Source: Rhynchobatus australiae
Taxonomy: Eukaryota
Reading direction: 5' to 3'
DNA length: 64,000 bases
NCBI GenBank assembly: GCA_034780895.1
Contig: JAUZTB010000087.1
Location: 62,670,514-62,734,513, forward strand
The position numbers and the translations under genes were made by a program. Positions 52,300 through 64,000 of this stretch are shown here, one piece after another. Under the pieces are notes generated by a model. That model did not search any database and was not told the origin of the DNA. It was given only the letters and a program-made list of their open reading frames with translations. Numbering within the stretch: position 1 is the stretch's first letter; each line of letters opens with the position of its first letter.

Positions 52300-52785
52300 C
52301 AGGGCAGTACAGTAGTCAGTGTTGCTGCCTCACAGCTTCAACTAGTTCAGGTACGGTTCGTGTGGCATTTGTACATTCTGATTGTGACTGCATGGATTTC
52401 TCCCAGGTGCGCCAGTTTCATTCCGCAGCCCAAAGAGGTTAAAAATCAACTAAATTACTCCTTCATGTAGGTAAGTGGCAAAAGAATCACAGNNNNNNNN
52501 NNNNNNNNNNNNNNNNNNNNNNNNNNNNNNNNNNNNNNNNNNNNNNNNNNNNNNNNNNNNNNNNNNNNNNNNNNNNNNNNNNNNNNNNNNNNAGAGGTTA
52601 AAAATCAACTAAAGTACTCCTTCATGTAGGTAAGTGGCAAAAGAATCACAGGGGAAGTAATGGCCATGAGATATAGTAAGTAGCAGAAGTACAGGGAAAT
52701 AAGGGGGAATTGAGACTGATGGGATTGTTCTGCTAGAAGCCAGCAAGGAGCCATTGGCCTCTTTCTGTGTCATGACAAGTCAGTA
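52300..52785 (+). mobile_element. V-SINE spanning a gap
   Basis: gggcagtacagtagtcagtgttgctgcctcacagcttc...tgtgactgcatggatttctcccaggtgcgccagtttc. Confidence 0.75.
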
Positions 52786-54024
52786 TTACAACTTTAATAG
52801 ACAAACAAGGGCACAAATCTGTGTTCAGATAATATTTACCACTTGATCAGAATACCAAAATTTTTTTTCAGATAACTATCCTGATTACACCCTCTTTGAA
52901 ATCAAACTCTTTACTTTGTTAATGTTAGCAATGTTGCATACATTCAATCTATTCTCCTTGGTCTCAATCTGTAAAATACCAACCATAACGGCTCAGAATA
53001 ATGTGTACAGAAGTAGGTTTAATAGGTAGGCACAAATTATTTTCAGCCATTAAACCAACTATTTCCTGCTAACATTAACATACACAACCAAAGTACAAAT
53101 TCATAATAACTTATCGAAAATACTGACAAATTCTAAGAAAAAGTTGTTATAGGTTATTATCTGGAACATGTAGCCACTGAGTGAAGTTGATTTTATTGGA
53201 AACCAATCCCAAATTTAAGTCCAACAGAGTAAAATTAAAATCTTCATGCCTTCTAAATGTTATTGCAAAAGGAACCAAAAATTTCAAAATACATGCTTTT
53301 AATATAACATGAAAAACTGTTTGGGAACACAAAGGGCATTAAAATATGTTATTCATTTAAATTTAATATCCTCAACAATGTAATATCATCTGTGCATTCA
53401 TTTCTGTCTTGGATACTCAAGTTTCTGAATGTTCATGAGTGCCTTCCCATGTTTCAATCTAAAGTAACATCAACAACTGTCCCATTATCTTTCAATGTTT
53501 ATTAACCTTTAGATCATAAATCTCTTGCACTTCCTGCTTCTGCCAATCACTCTACCCCAAAAAAAACAGAAAACCCATCAAAAGGATCGGAAATATTCAA
53601 ACTACAGATGATACTTGCACCAGGATGCAAAAGCTTGTTTCTTTCAGACAACAGGCAAAGCACAGGAAAAAGGAGGCTATGATCTATTTCACAAACACTG
53701 TATCCTGTACATGCACACTAGACCTTATACAACTTTGGTCTTGCAATTAAACCCAAGAAGGGCTTCTAATAATGCACTAAGACTGTCCATTGCCTCCTCT
53801 ATGACACTTCACATCGTCTCTTATCTTATTTCCATGCAAAACCCTCATCTATGGTTTTCTTTCACCTTGACCCAACTAGTAAAATGCTCCCACTAGTAGC
53901 AGCCTCCCATCCTTCTGTGTGCACAAAGGAATTAATTCAAAAATTTGCCACCCTAGTCTTAATTTACAAGAAGTCCTACTTGGTATTCTATTCTTGCTGG
54001 ATCACTTTGACTCTGGTCAGGTGC

Positions 54025-54577
54025 CAACATCTCAGAGCATCTATCCTGGACCTAGCACATTGATGCAATTACAAAGAAGGCACGCCAGTGGCTCTACTTC
54101 GTTAAGANNNNNNNNNNAGATTTGGTATGTCACCAAAGACTCTTGCAAATTTCTACAGATGTACGGTGGAGAGCATCCTGACTGGTTGCATCACAACCTG
54201 GTATGGAGCCTCTGATGCAGAGACACTCTAGAGGATTGCTCCATTATGGGCACAACCCTCCCCACCATCAATGACATCTGCAAGAGGCAGTGCCTCAAGG
54301 TGGCAGCACCCATCATTGGGAACCCTCACCATCTGGGACATGCCCACTCTCGTTACGGCCTTCAGGAAGGTGGTACAGGACCCTGAAGACCCATACTCAA
54401 TGATTTAGGAACAGCCTTTTCCCCTCTCCCATCAGATTTCTGAATGGCCCATGAACACTACCTCATTATTCTGTTTTTTTCTCCCCTGCAGTATTTATTT
54501 TTGCAATTTATAGATCTTTATGTCAAAAGAACAAATTTCACATTATACAAGTCAGTGATAATAAACCTGATTCTGAC
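54025..54577 (+). mobile_element. Rex1/Babar-type LINE, 5'-truncated
   Basis: cacattgatgcaattacaaagaaggcacgccagtggctctacttc (HIDAITKKARQ-LYF), FYRCTVESILTGCIT-WYG, tail gataataaacctgattctga. Confidence 0.88.
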
Positions 54578-54724
54578 TGAATTTTAAAAATGTCATTCTT
54601 GTTTTCCAATTACATCGTGGCCTCAGCCATCCTCAGTAATCAGCTTCAGCCGTGTGAGCCTTCTGAGATACTGCCACTGCTCCAGATCACTATTCTGGCA
54701 CATCTGATTTTAAAGCTGCTCCAC

Positions 54725-55900
54725 AGAATCAAAGAACATTATGACACAGGAAGAGGCCTGTGCTCTCCACTGTACATCTGTAGAAATTTGCAAGAGTCTT
54801 TGGTGACATACCAAATCTCTTCAAACTCTTAACGAAGTAGAGCCACTGGCGTGCCTTCTTTGTAATTGCATCAATGTGCTAGGTCCAGGATAGATGCTCT
54901 GAGTTAGCCATCACATCTGGCTAACTTTCCAGCACCAAGTCCATAGCCTTGCAGGTCCATCTCTACATACTTTTCAAATGAGGGTGTCTGCCTCTCTCAC
55001 CTTTTCAGGCAACAAGTTCAAGACCTCCACCACCCACTAGATGGTTAAACAAATAAATCCTCACCTCCCCTTTAACTGTTTGACCCAAATTAAATCTATC
55101 CCCCTTGGTTTTTAACTCATCTATTATCTTTCCATATGCCTCAATTTTATACTCTTCAGTTATCTCCCCCAGCCTCCAAAGAAAATGACACAATCCTTTT
55201 TTCCAGCCCAGTCCTAGTTACGTCTTCATAAGTCTCTGCACTCCTTCCAGTGCAATCACTTTCCTGAAGTGTAGTGACCAGAACTATATGCAGTGGCATG
55301 ATTGTGTTCCATCTAGTTCCAGTGTAACCTCTCTGCTCTTACATTCTATGCCTGAGCTGATATGGAAAAGCATCCAAAATGCCTTTTGCAACCCCTTTTT
55401 TGACCTAACCTGTTACCCATCAGGTTCTGTGGATGTATACTCCAAGATACTCCTCTCCTTCCACAGCACTCAAAATCCTTCCACTTTTTGCTTTGTTGCA
55501 CTCCTCACACTTTTCGGGATTAAATTTTATTTGCTACTTTATGCCCAACTGACCAGCCCATTGATACCTTCCTGCAGTCTAAACTTTGCACCTCCCCATC
55601 AATTATACATACAAACATTGGACATCTGCAAATTTATTTATCCACCTGTATGTGGGACTAAATCATTCATATACCAAAAAGTAAGGGACTGAATACCATA
55701 CCCTGTGGAACTCCAGGGCTGGCTTACCAACCCTCCAGTTACAGGACCGTCTGTCAGCATTACCCTTTTATTTCCACCACCGTACCATTTGTGCATCCAT
55801 TCTACACTCTCCCTTTGCTCTCACGTGCCTTTACCTTTTTGACCTTTTAGAAAACCTTGCTAAAATACATGCAAGTACATCAAATGCACTGCTTTCATCA
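54725..55900 (-). mobile_element. CR1 3' fragment containing an inverted Rex1 copy at 54761-54903
   Basis: aaagaacattatgacacaggaagaggcc | insert | ttagccatcac...ctttccagcaccaagtccatagcc...gtgaccagaactatatgcag...ataccctgtggaactcca (GVPQG reversed). Confidence 0.75.
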
Positions 55901-56297
55901 ACTATTGGGGTACATAGTTTAACAACTTAATCTTTCTTAAAGCTTAAAATTCCCCCTCTAAATCCTTTAACATTATTAATCCTTTAAAGATGCCTTAAAG
56001 CTTACAGCCCTTGACCCTCATCAGTCCTCATAACCTCCTAAAGCACTCTGACAACTTGCAATTGAGAGCATTCACAAAGTATCTTGGGGTATTCTACTTT
56101 ATTAAAAGTACTGTACACATGCAAGTTTCTGGGTTAAAAATTATATGCAAAGATCTCACATCTTTTTCCTCTTTGGGAATATGAATTTAGAACAAGAGAA
56201 TTATCCACCCAAAATAATTCACTTTTAAGAAATACCATGTGACAAGAATTAGCGTGGGACCATCATGCAATTGATGCTGAGAGTGTAAACAACTTAC

Positions 56298-56471
56298 CAT
56301 AACATACTACTTTTTATATCCAAACACACCCAGAGCACTGGGAGTGAGTTATGATCAAGCTAGTTTACAACACATGGTATGGTAGACCTCAAGATGTGCA
56401 ATCATACAAGGCTGACACTTGGGCACAAAAATTAATCTTTAAATTACAGTTCAAGTTCCCAACAGTTGCAT
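56298..56471 (-). other. Candidate 174-nt non-coding or 5'UTR exon
   Basis: Acceptor tttttttcctcttcatttcatctcAG and donor ATG|GTAAGT; stop codons in all three frames. Confidence 0.3.
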
Positions 56472-57329
56472 CTGAGATGAAATGAAGAGGAAAAAAAGTA
56501 GCAAGGAAACACTTGCCTGGGCAAACATGAATTTTCCAAGGGGTTTGTACGTCAACCTGATATAACAACACTAACAATCAGGATGGACTGCACAGCACAG
56601 TGAGCAAGTAGCAGCTATCAACATCTCTTATTTTGGGAAATTCAACAGTGGTAATATTATGCAGCTGTGCTGTGCAATTCCATAGGAAATGAATGCAAAC
56701 GTTAACCATGCTGACAGATGTATTGGGCACCTGTTTGTTCTGCAAGCAGATGAGCTGACATAGCAGTTCTAACTGCCAGTGGGTCACAACAAAAGGCTGT
56801 GCCGTAACTGATTTGTAGGTGCACTTGCTGTAGAAATGCTATGTAGCTGCCAGTCCCATAATCTATAGGAAGCAGGTATTTGTATTTACTGACTGAAGTT
56901 GAGGCATACAAGTATCTGCATTTGTAGCCTAAGCACTGCAGATCTCAAGCCTGCTATTATATTGTACCATCTAAACCAGAAAACACTGACATCTTGTTTT
57001 TAAAAGTGTCAAAGAAAATCATCAGATTTGGGAGGTGAACACACCGTGAAGTTGTGCTTTGGCAAAGTGCCCTTTCATTTCATAGGTCACTGGCACCAGT
57101 ACTGGACAAGACTACCGTAAAGAATAGGATGATCACAAAGACTTGAATTGGTCAGTGGGATGGTGGAGAGGTTTCAGATGGCAAAGTAGTTCAAATACAC
57201 AAATAGTTTCAAAAACAGAAAGACAACATAGTGGAGCTATACTCAGGAACACAGGTAAAAAGTTAAAGATATCAAGTAATCAAACAAGGAGAAGTAAATA
57301 AGCAATGTGCAAGTGAAATGATGAGTCAG

Positions 57330-59140
57330 AAGGACACATTAGGGTGCTTGGCTCAAAGAAGCTCCCATTACAAATAGGCTGTACATGGTGAACAAACCAA
57401 ATAAATGCAGACAGAAATTCAACTTACTGAGAAGAGCAAGATAGCAATTACTATGGCAGAACTACAAGACCTTCAGGCAAGATATCCAAAAAGTACTAGA
57501 AAAGTTACTTGGGGGTTGGCAGTGTGATTAGGTAAAATGGGAAGAAGTGGTCATCGCGACTAATGATGAATTCATTTCAACTATAAAGGGAATATGATGA
57601 AACATATACAAGGAGTGGAGAATTTATTAACAAAAACAAGAAATAGAAAAGAATGCAAGACTGATGAGTATTGAGCATCAACTTCTTGGTAGCAACAGTG
57701 AAATTGTGGTTTGTATAACTACAAACATTTAGCAAAGGCAAACAATCTTAATAAATTTTTAACTCTCACATAGATTGAGAAGAACAAACAGATTCAATTC
57801 AGAAAAGTGGGAACTTCAAGGGCATTCAGGATGGTCTTCAAAAAAGTGAAAAAAGGCAAGCAAAGCAAAAAAGAACATGAATTTGTGCAAGGGAAAAAAA
57901 AATCAAACTTTGCTAATCTGATTGAGTTTTCTTTTGATAACAACAGTGCAGATATTCTAATGCATATGGACTTCCAAAGGGCATTTGAGGAAGTGTCACA
58001 AATAGATGTCAGCAAGGTTGAAGCAGGCAAGTATAAGAAACTGCTGCCTTTGGACAAGAGGGGAGGGGAGGGGANNNNNNNNNNNNNNNNNNNNNNNNNN
58101 NNNNNNNNNNNNNNNNNNNNNNNNNNNNNNNNNNNNNNNNNNNNNNNNNNNNNNNNNNNNNNNNNNNNNNNNNNNNNNNNNNNNNNNNNNNGGATGACAG
58201 TGATAGACATCAAGAGAACAAAGAAATTGATAATATGTGGCAGATGAAATTTAAAGTACAAAATTATACTTTTTAAACAAGAAGAGTTAATATAATAAAA
58301 AGGTAGAATTCTAGATGAGGTGCAAGAGGAAAGAGGCCAGGATCTAGGTGTGCACAAATCCTTGAAAACAACGGACTGAGAAAGCAAATTTAAAGATCAC
58401 TCCGCACCCTAGGCTTCATAAATAAAGACAGAGTAAACAAACGATGAACCTTTAAAAAGCATTGGTCCAACCACAAATTCAAGGCCAAGGTAGATTTTAG
58501 ACCTTCAGAGGAAATCCAGGGTTTGGAAACCAGGCAGGAACATGGAGTCAAGGGCAAGATCAGATCCCACTGTTTTTAATTGAATGGCAGAACAGTTTCA
58601 AGGGACCATGAAACCCACACCAGCTATTTTTCATGTTTTTACATTTTCTCCATTCTGGTCACCAAGCTTTATGAAGGCATGAAGGGCTTGAAGAGGATGC
58701 AAAGGAGATTTAAAGGAATAATCCAAGAATGAGGAGCCTGTGTTAGAGTAAACTGGAGAAGCCAGAATTGTTCTCATTAGACCACAGGAGGTTGAAAGCG
58801 ATGTGACAGAACTATTCAAAATAATAAGGGGTTGATAACAGATTAAATACAAAATGATGAAGCAAGCAAGAACAAAAGGACACAGACTTAAGGTAATTGG
58901 CAAAGGAACATGAGGAAATTTTCTTCTAAATAAAAAAAATGCAGTGACAAGTTAGCACCTAGAAGGCATTGCCTTGCAGGGTGATGGTGTTGGATTCAAT
59001 TAAGGGATTTGAATTAGTATCTGCAAAAAAAACAAAAAGAAATTGCATATCTTCAAGGACAAAGAGTAGGATGAACTCTTACACACTTCATGGGCAAACA
59101 GACTTGAAAGGCTTAAATTTTTTTGAGCTGTTATTATTCC
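57330..59140 (+). mobile_element. Long degraded CR1 ORF2 remnant(s)
   Basis: ORF 57807: HEFVQGKKKSNFANLIEF...MDFQRAFEEV (HGF-KG-SCLTNLIEF...MDFQKAFDKV); aggacacagacttaaggtaattggcaaa. Confidence 0.75.
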
Positions 59141-59369
59141 TTGATTCCACGAAATCCAGGCAACCAGAAAAAGGTACAAAGAATAAATGGTTGCCTTTTG
59201 TAATTATGAAGAGGGAGTCTGAAAAGAAACATGCAAGGAGTATTAAAAAAAGAAAAATATTTTTATAATTACATTAGAAAAAAGGGTCATTGTGAGCAAT
59301 GAGTGTTATATAGACCTATATAAACAAAAGTCATAATGTGAACAAAAATAAAGAAATGTGTTCTTTAAT

Positions 59370-60125
59370 TACTTTACATCATACTCATTGCAGGACAAGA
59401 AGATGGCCACATTTTTTACCACTATCAAATTTTCTCTTAACCTTCTCTGCTCTAATGAGAGCTACTCCAGTTTATCCACTTAATTGAATTCCCCTATTCC
59501 TGCTAACCTTCTACATCTTCTGTATCTTTTCGAAGGACTTGAATTCCTGATTATGTAGTGCCCAACATTAAATACAATAATCATCCAGCTAAGCATCAGA
59601 ACTTTAGTGTTTAGCATAACCCTTTTTACTCAGTGTCTCTACTATTAAAGCCAAGGATTCCAAGCACCTTCAAAAAAAAAATCACCTTCTCAATTTATCA
59701 TTCCACCCTCAAGCCCCTGTTCCTGCACCTGCTTAAAAACTGTGTTTATTTGTTGACATCANNNNNNNNNNNNNNNNNNNNNNNNNNNNNNNNNNNNNNN
59801 NNNNNNNNNNNNNNNNNNNNNNNNNNNNNNNNNNNNNNNNNNNNNNNNNNNNNNNNNNNNNATATCCTTGAAGTTATATCATAATGTCAGAGTTTGCACG
59901 TGATCTGCATTCCCAAAGTGCAGGTAATCAGAAAGAGCTGTGATCCTTGCAATAATTTCATAGGTACACCAATGATGGTTTCTCCAATCTGAAAAGGAAC
60001 TGTTAGCCACCACTATGCTTTATCCTGTAATTTGCATTCACACAACTGTCCTTTTAACATCATAAACCTTAATTCTACTCAAATTAGGTGCATTTCCCAA
60101 TAAGGCCTGCAAAGTTCCAAATATC
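59370..60125 (-). mobile_element. Degraded CR1 fragment
   Basis: ttaaccttctctgctctaatgagagctactccag...tattaaagccaaggattcc. Confidence 0.55.
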
Positions 60126-60589
60126 TGTTTAGAGTTCAGTTTTGAGGCTCCACCTGAAGTAATTTATATTTTCACTTCAACCTCCATTTTATCCTTAATA
60201 ACTAAGAGTTACTGTAGAGAACACTTGGTAAAATTAATAATCTTCATGAAGAAAGCTAGAAGAGAAAAAAGTAGCTTCTCATACAACCCAATTACTAAAT
60301 ATTCTCATGTAGTTTACCCCTTGGAACAACCTCTTTGGATTAAAATGTTTCACGGAAGGTTGCAAACATACAAGTTTTCCAATATACCTTACATGATAGA
60401 TAAAGTAGATAAAAGGACAAGACATAGAAAAAGGGACAGAGAGAAATGTACCTTTTAGATAGCATCTTAACATAGCCTAAGAAAAAAAATTCTAAATTCT
60501 GAGGGTTTGGCAGGTAGATGCTAAGAGACTGTTCCCCTTTCCTTGAACAAGAGGGTGCCAGGTTTTGGCCACTCATACAGAAGGACTTG

Positions 60590-60800
60590 TTACAAACAAC
60601 ATGAGAAACCTGATAATGTATTTTGTTGGCACTGGTTGAGGAATAAATGCTGTCCAGGATACCAGGAGAAATACAATTTCCTCCAGTTTGGTTTTACGAG
60701 ATCCTTTTTGCCTATCTGAGCCCTGCAGACGGGACCTGAATCTGATGTGTCATTTAAAACACAGAAACTCAGACAGTAAAGGCAACCCAGTGAAGATCAG
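60590..60800 (-). mobile_element. Deu-domain SINE (SacSINE1-like) fragment
   Basis: ggttgaggaataaatgctgtccaggataccaggagaa...gatcctttttgcctatctgag...gcagacgggacct is the reverse of the Deu-domain region. Confidence 0.6.
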
Positions 60801-61429
60801 TTCAAACGGTGTATCAAGTTGTGATACACTGCATGATCCAAAATACATAGCAGCCATTAAATATTAAGCTACCATGAATCACCCAATTTCTACAGGGAAG
60901 TGAACAAGAAAAGCAAAGAGCATCAATCTTCTTCCCTACCTCCTTGACATGTGTTGGTCTGATACAAGTGAGTACACTCATGCCTTACACAAGTTCTATT
61001 TGCTTCACAGAATTAAACTTTAAAGCTCACCAGAGCTTCTCTACAAGTTACAGTTAAGATAAGTAACACTAATACTTTGCATCATGGATATCCTAATGCA
61101 AATCATTTTTTGGGAGTCAGTGAAAAACAAATCCTTTCCTTACCACTTTCATAAAAAATATTCCATTTTGCACAACTTATGGTTTGAATCGCTCCAAAGC
61201 ATTCACCAGCAAAGCTCGAGATCATGAAATCAGATGTAACAGCTGGCCTGCTAACTAATATTGAAGAAATTCTCATTAAAATTAATAGTAATAAAGTGAC
61301 TTGCAAAGTGTATTTATAATTTACAAATATTTTATAGCACTCATATGGTCTACATTTATATATAGGCATAAAAAGAACAGAAAACAAAAAATAACATTGG
61401 TAATGCCATTGAAGGTNNNNNNNNNNCTC

Positions 61430-62500
61430 AGTCCATCACTAAATCCCCCCACTATTAATATCCTGGAGTTACCATTGACTAAAAACTCAACTGGAGTAGC
61501 CATATACACAATATGTATATGAATGGGCCAGAGGCTAGTAATCCTGCAGTAAGGAACTCACTTCCTAACTCTCCAGAGCCTGTCCACTATCTACTAAGCT
61601 CAAGTCAGGAATGTGAAGGAATATTCTCTACTTGCCAAGATGAGTACAGCTTCAACACAAGCAGCATGCAGGACATAACAGCCCACTTCAATAGGCACCC
61701 TACCTACAAACATTCACTCACTCTACCACTGACGCAGAGTAACAGCAGTTTGTACCATTTACAGGATGCATTGTAGCAACTCACCAAGACAACTTAGACA
61801 GCACCTTCCAAACCCATGACCTCTACTAACTAGAAGGACAACAGCAGCAGCAAAAACTTGGAATACCACCACTTGGAAGTTGCCCTCCAAGCCACACACC
61901 ATCCTGACTTGTACCATTCCTTCATCATTGCTGGGTCAAGATCCTGGAACTCCCTCCCCATGCTCAGCACATCACAGAAACCAGCCTCCCCTCTATAGAC
62001 CCTGTCTACACTTCTCACTGCCTCGGTAAAGAAGCAAACATAATCAAATACCCCTTCCATCCCAGCCATTCTCTCTTCTTCCCCCTCCCATTGGGTAGAA
62101 GACACAAAAGCCTGAAAGCACGTACCACCAGGATCAAGGACAGCTTCTATCCTGCTGTTGTAAGACTATTGCATGGACCTCCTGCACGATAAGATGGACT
62201 CTTGACCTCACAATCTACCTTGTTATGACCTTGCACCTCATTGTCTGCCTGCACTTTCTCGGTAACTGTAACATCCTGCATCTGCACCCTGTTGTTGCTT
62301 TTCCCTTCTTTTACCTCAATGGACTGATGTGATGAAATGATCTGTATGGTTGGCATACAAAACTAAGTTTTTCACTGTAGCTCAGTAAATGTGACAATAA
62401 TAAATCAATTTACTAATTTATTGTGGGTATACCCACACCTCAAGGACTGCAATTATATGCTGGCCCAGCCTGCAAAACCCACATTCCTTGAATAAGTAAA
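61430..62500 (+). mobile_element. Second CR1-clade LINE 3' fragment, interrupted by Rex1
   Basis: NILELPLTKN; ctactaagctcaagtcaggaatgtgaaggaatattctctacttgcc (Y-AQVR-V-EYS-LA); resumes at ~62420 (ttgtgggtatacccacacctcaaggactgc). Confidence 0.75.
61960..62418 (+). mobile_element. Rex1-type LINE 3' end (same subfamily as 17260-18585)
   Basis: catcacagaaaccagcctcccctc...gtaccaccaggatcaaggacagcttctatcc...gacctcacaatctaccttgttatgaccttgcacc...gtgacaataataaatcaatt. Confidence 0.88.
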
Positions 62501-63529
62501 AGAGCACTTTTATTCAGACATTAATTTTAAATGTCTGCTCACAATTTTAGTTCAGTGTTTAGAGAATGAAGCAGCAGTTAACAACTTAGACAGTGATGAA
62601 GTAAAATGACTTTGTTTTATTTAGAAGAGGTCAAATTGGAGAGAAACACAGCATTTTAAGGCAGAAGTTATTCAGAGCTTGAACAATGACATTCTTCATT
62701 GTGACCAATAGAAATAAACACAAAAACATGGCGAGTACCAAAATACACAAACTCTAATGACTATTCAAAGAGAAAGAAAGCTCTCCTAGTGCACTGACCA
62801 ATTATCCCTCACCCAACAATCAATATAAATGATGAACAGATACAAATTCACTAAAATTAGTGATAGAATTAGGGTAGAAGATAAAGTATTGAGGGTTCAT
62901 TTCTGCAATTGGGTTGCAGTAGATGGGATAGAGATGTAAGTGAGACCAGAAGTACAGTTCATTGCAAAATAATAATGTCCAATGTAGAATTTAGAAGAAA
63001 ATTCATTACACAACAAATGATAATCTCAATTTAATTTCATAGGGGGAGAAAAAAAAGTGAAGTTTTCAGCAGCCAGTTACACTGATCTTCACTACAACTG
63101 CACAAACTCTTCATCAATAAATCAACTTGCACATCACTGCTGTTTTAAAACTAACAAACGATTTGCCTTGGACATCAGATTACCAAATATCTATCTCTCC
63201 TACACATTCAGAAACCCAACAATTATAATTTGAAGCCATGGAACCAAAACAGTTCACAGATTTCTTAGAGGAAGTATATAAACGAAAACCAATCAGCTGC
63301 ATAAGTAAACACATTAAAGATTGGGGTTTAGCCTGCAGTAGTTGGCCATCATTAGTCCAATCCTAATTTAACTATTTTTTTTAAAAATCAACTATTGCCG
63401 AACTTGGAACAATAAGTAAATTTTGAGCTTTATGGCAAATAAAAACAGCTATATCTATAATAAAAAATGTTATATCTAGAGCCAAATCAGAGAACAAATG
63501 TGCCAGCATAGCTATGCAAGCTTGCAAGA

Positions 63530-64000
63530 CACTTTTAAGGCCCATGACAACTTGTACTTAAACATGTTTAACACAAAGTGTCAAAAGGTATATCACCAAA
63601 AAAAAAGGCACACAATGATAATAGTGAAGATGAAAAAAAATGGTTTGGATGTTTGGCTCTTCAAAGCATCTCAGAGGAGGAAAGAGGTGAAGAGCAGAGA
63701 AGGTTTTGGAAAGAAACTCTAGAGACTGTGGACTTGACAGCTAATAGCATAGACCAATGGTGAAGCAATTCAGAGACAATCAAAAGACCAAAATAAGAGC
63801 AGTATGGATATTACAGGGCAGTAGAAGCTGGAGAATACTGAAGAGTTAATCAAGGGCAAGACCATGGAGGAATTTTAAAAATCAAAGCTTTACTTGACTA
63901 GGAGCCAATACAAGTCAACAAGTACAGGGGTGATGCAAGTTAGGACACAGACAGTGGAGTTATAGATGACTTCATTTACAGAGAATCACACAGGAAAAGA
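63530..64000 (-). mobile_element. L2 LINE 3' fragment
   Basis: gggcaagaccatggaggaattttaaaa...ggagccaatacaagtcaacaagtacaggggtgatg...agttaggacacagacagtggagttatagatga is the reverse of L2 ORF2 (HITPVL--LHWLP region). Confidence 0.75.

Larger units (their letters stand above)
53760..56130 (+). mobile_element. Old L2 LINE 3' part split into three pieces (~53760-54030, ~54580-54725, ~55930-56130) by later insertions
   Basis: Collinear L2-like segments: gcctcccatccttc...attcaaaaatttgcc; attttaaaaatgtcattcttgttttccaat...tggcctcagcc; cctttaaagatgccttaaagc...cttggggtattctactttattaaaagta. Confidence 0.6.

Overview
Eukaryotic, AT-rich, gap-containing draft-assembly window with no recognisable intact protein-coding gene, rRNA, tRNA or CRISPR array. 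The repeat content (HE1-type V-SINEs, HER1/CR1 LINE fragments, Rex1/Babar-type LINEs, L2, SacSINE1-like Deu-SINEs, Penelope GIY-YIG remnants) points to a cartilaginous fish, probably a batoid (inference from recalled family consensus, not a database search). A large part of the window is degraded or nested retroelements. The unique stretches look A>T and C>G on the + strand by eye, which fits the interior of a very long intron of a minus-strand gene. Best leads: (1) a candidate recursive splice site (minus strand: branch point, pyrimidine tract, ~90-nt AG-free zone, CAG|GTAAG) at ~2220; (2) non-autonomous fold-back Penelope derivatives whose arms carry minimal hammerhead-ribozyme motifs, two with a CUGAUGCA core variant; (3) two near-identical inverted copies (215 and 143 bp) of Rex1 sequence inserted 520-590 bp from their template inside CR1 elements; (4) a ~41-bp minisatellite rich in homeodomain motifs, several transcription-factor motif clusters and candidate non-coding exons. 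Repeat boundaries are approximate and family names come from recall, not alignment.
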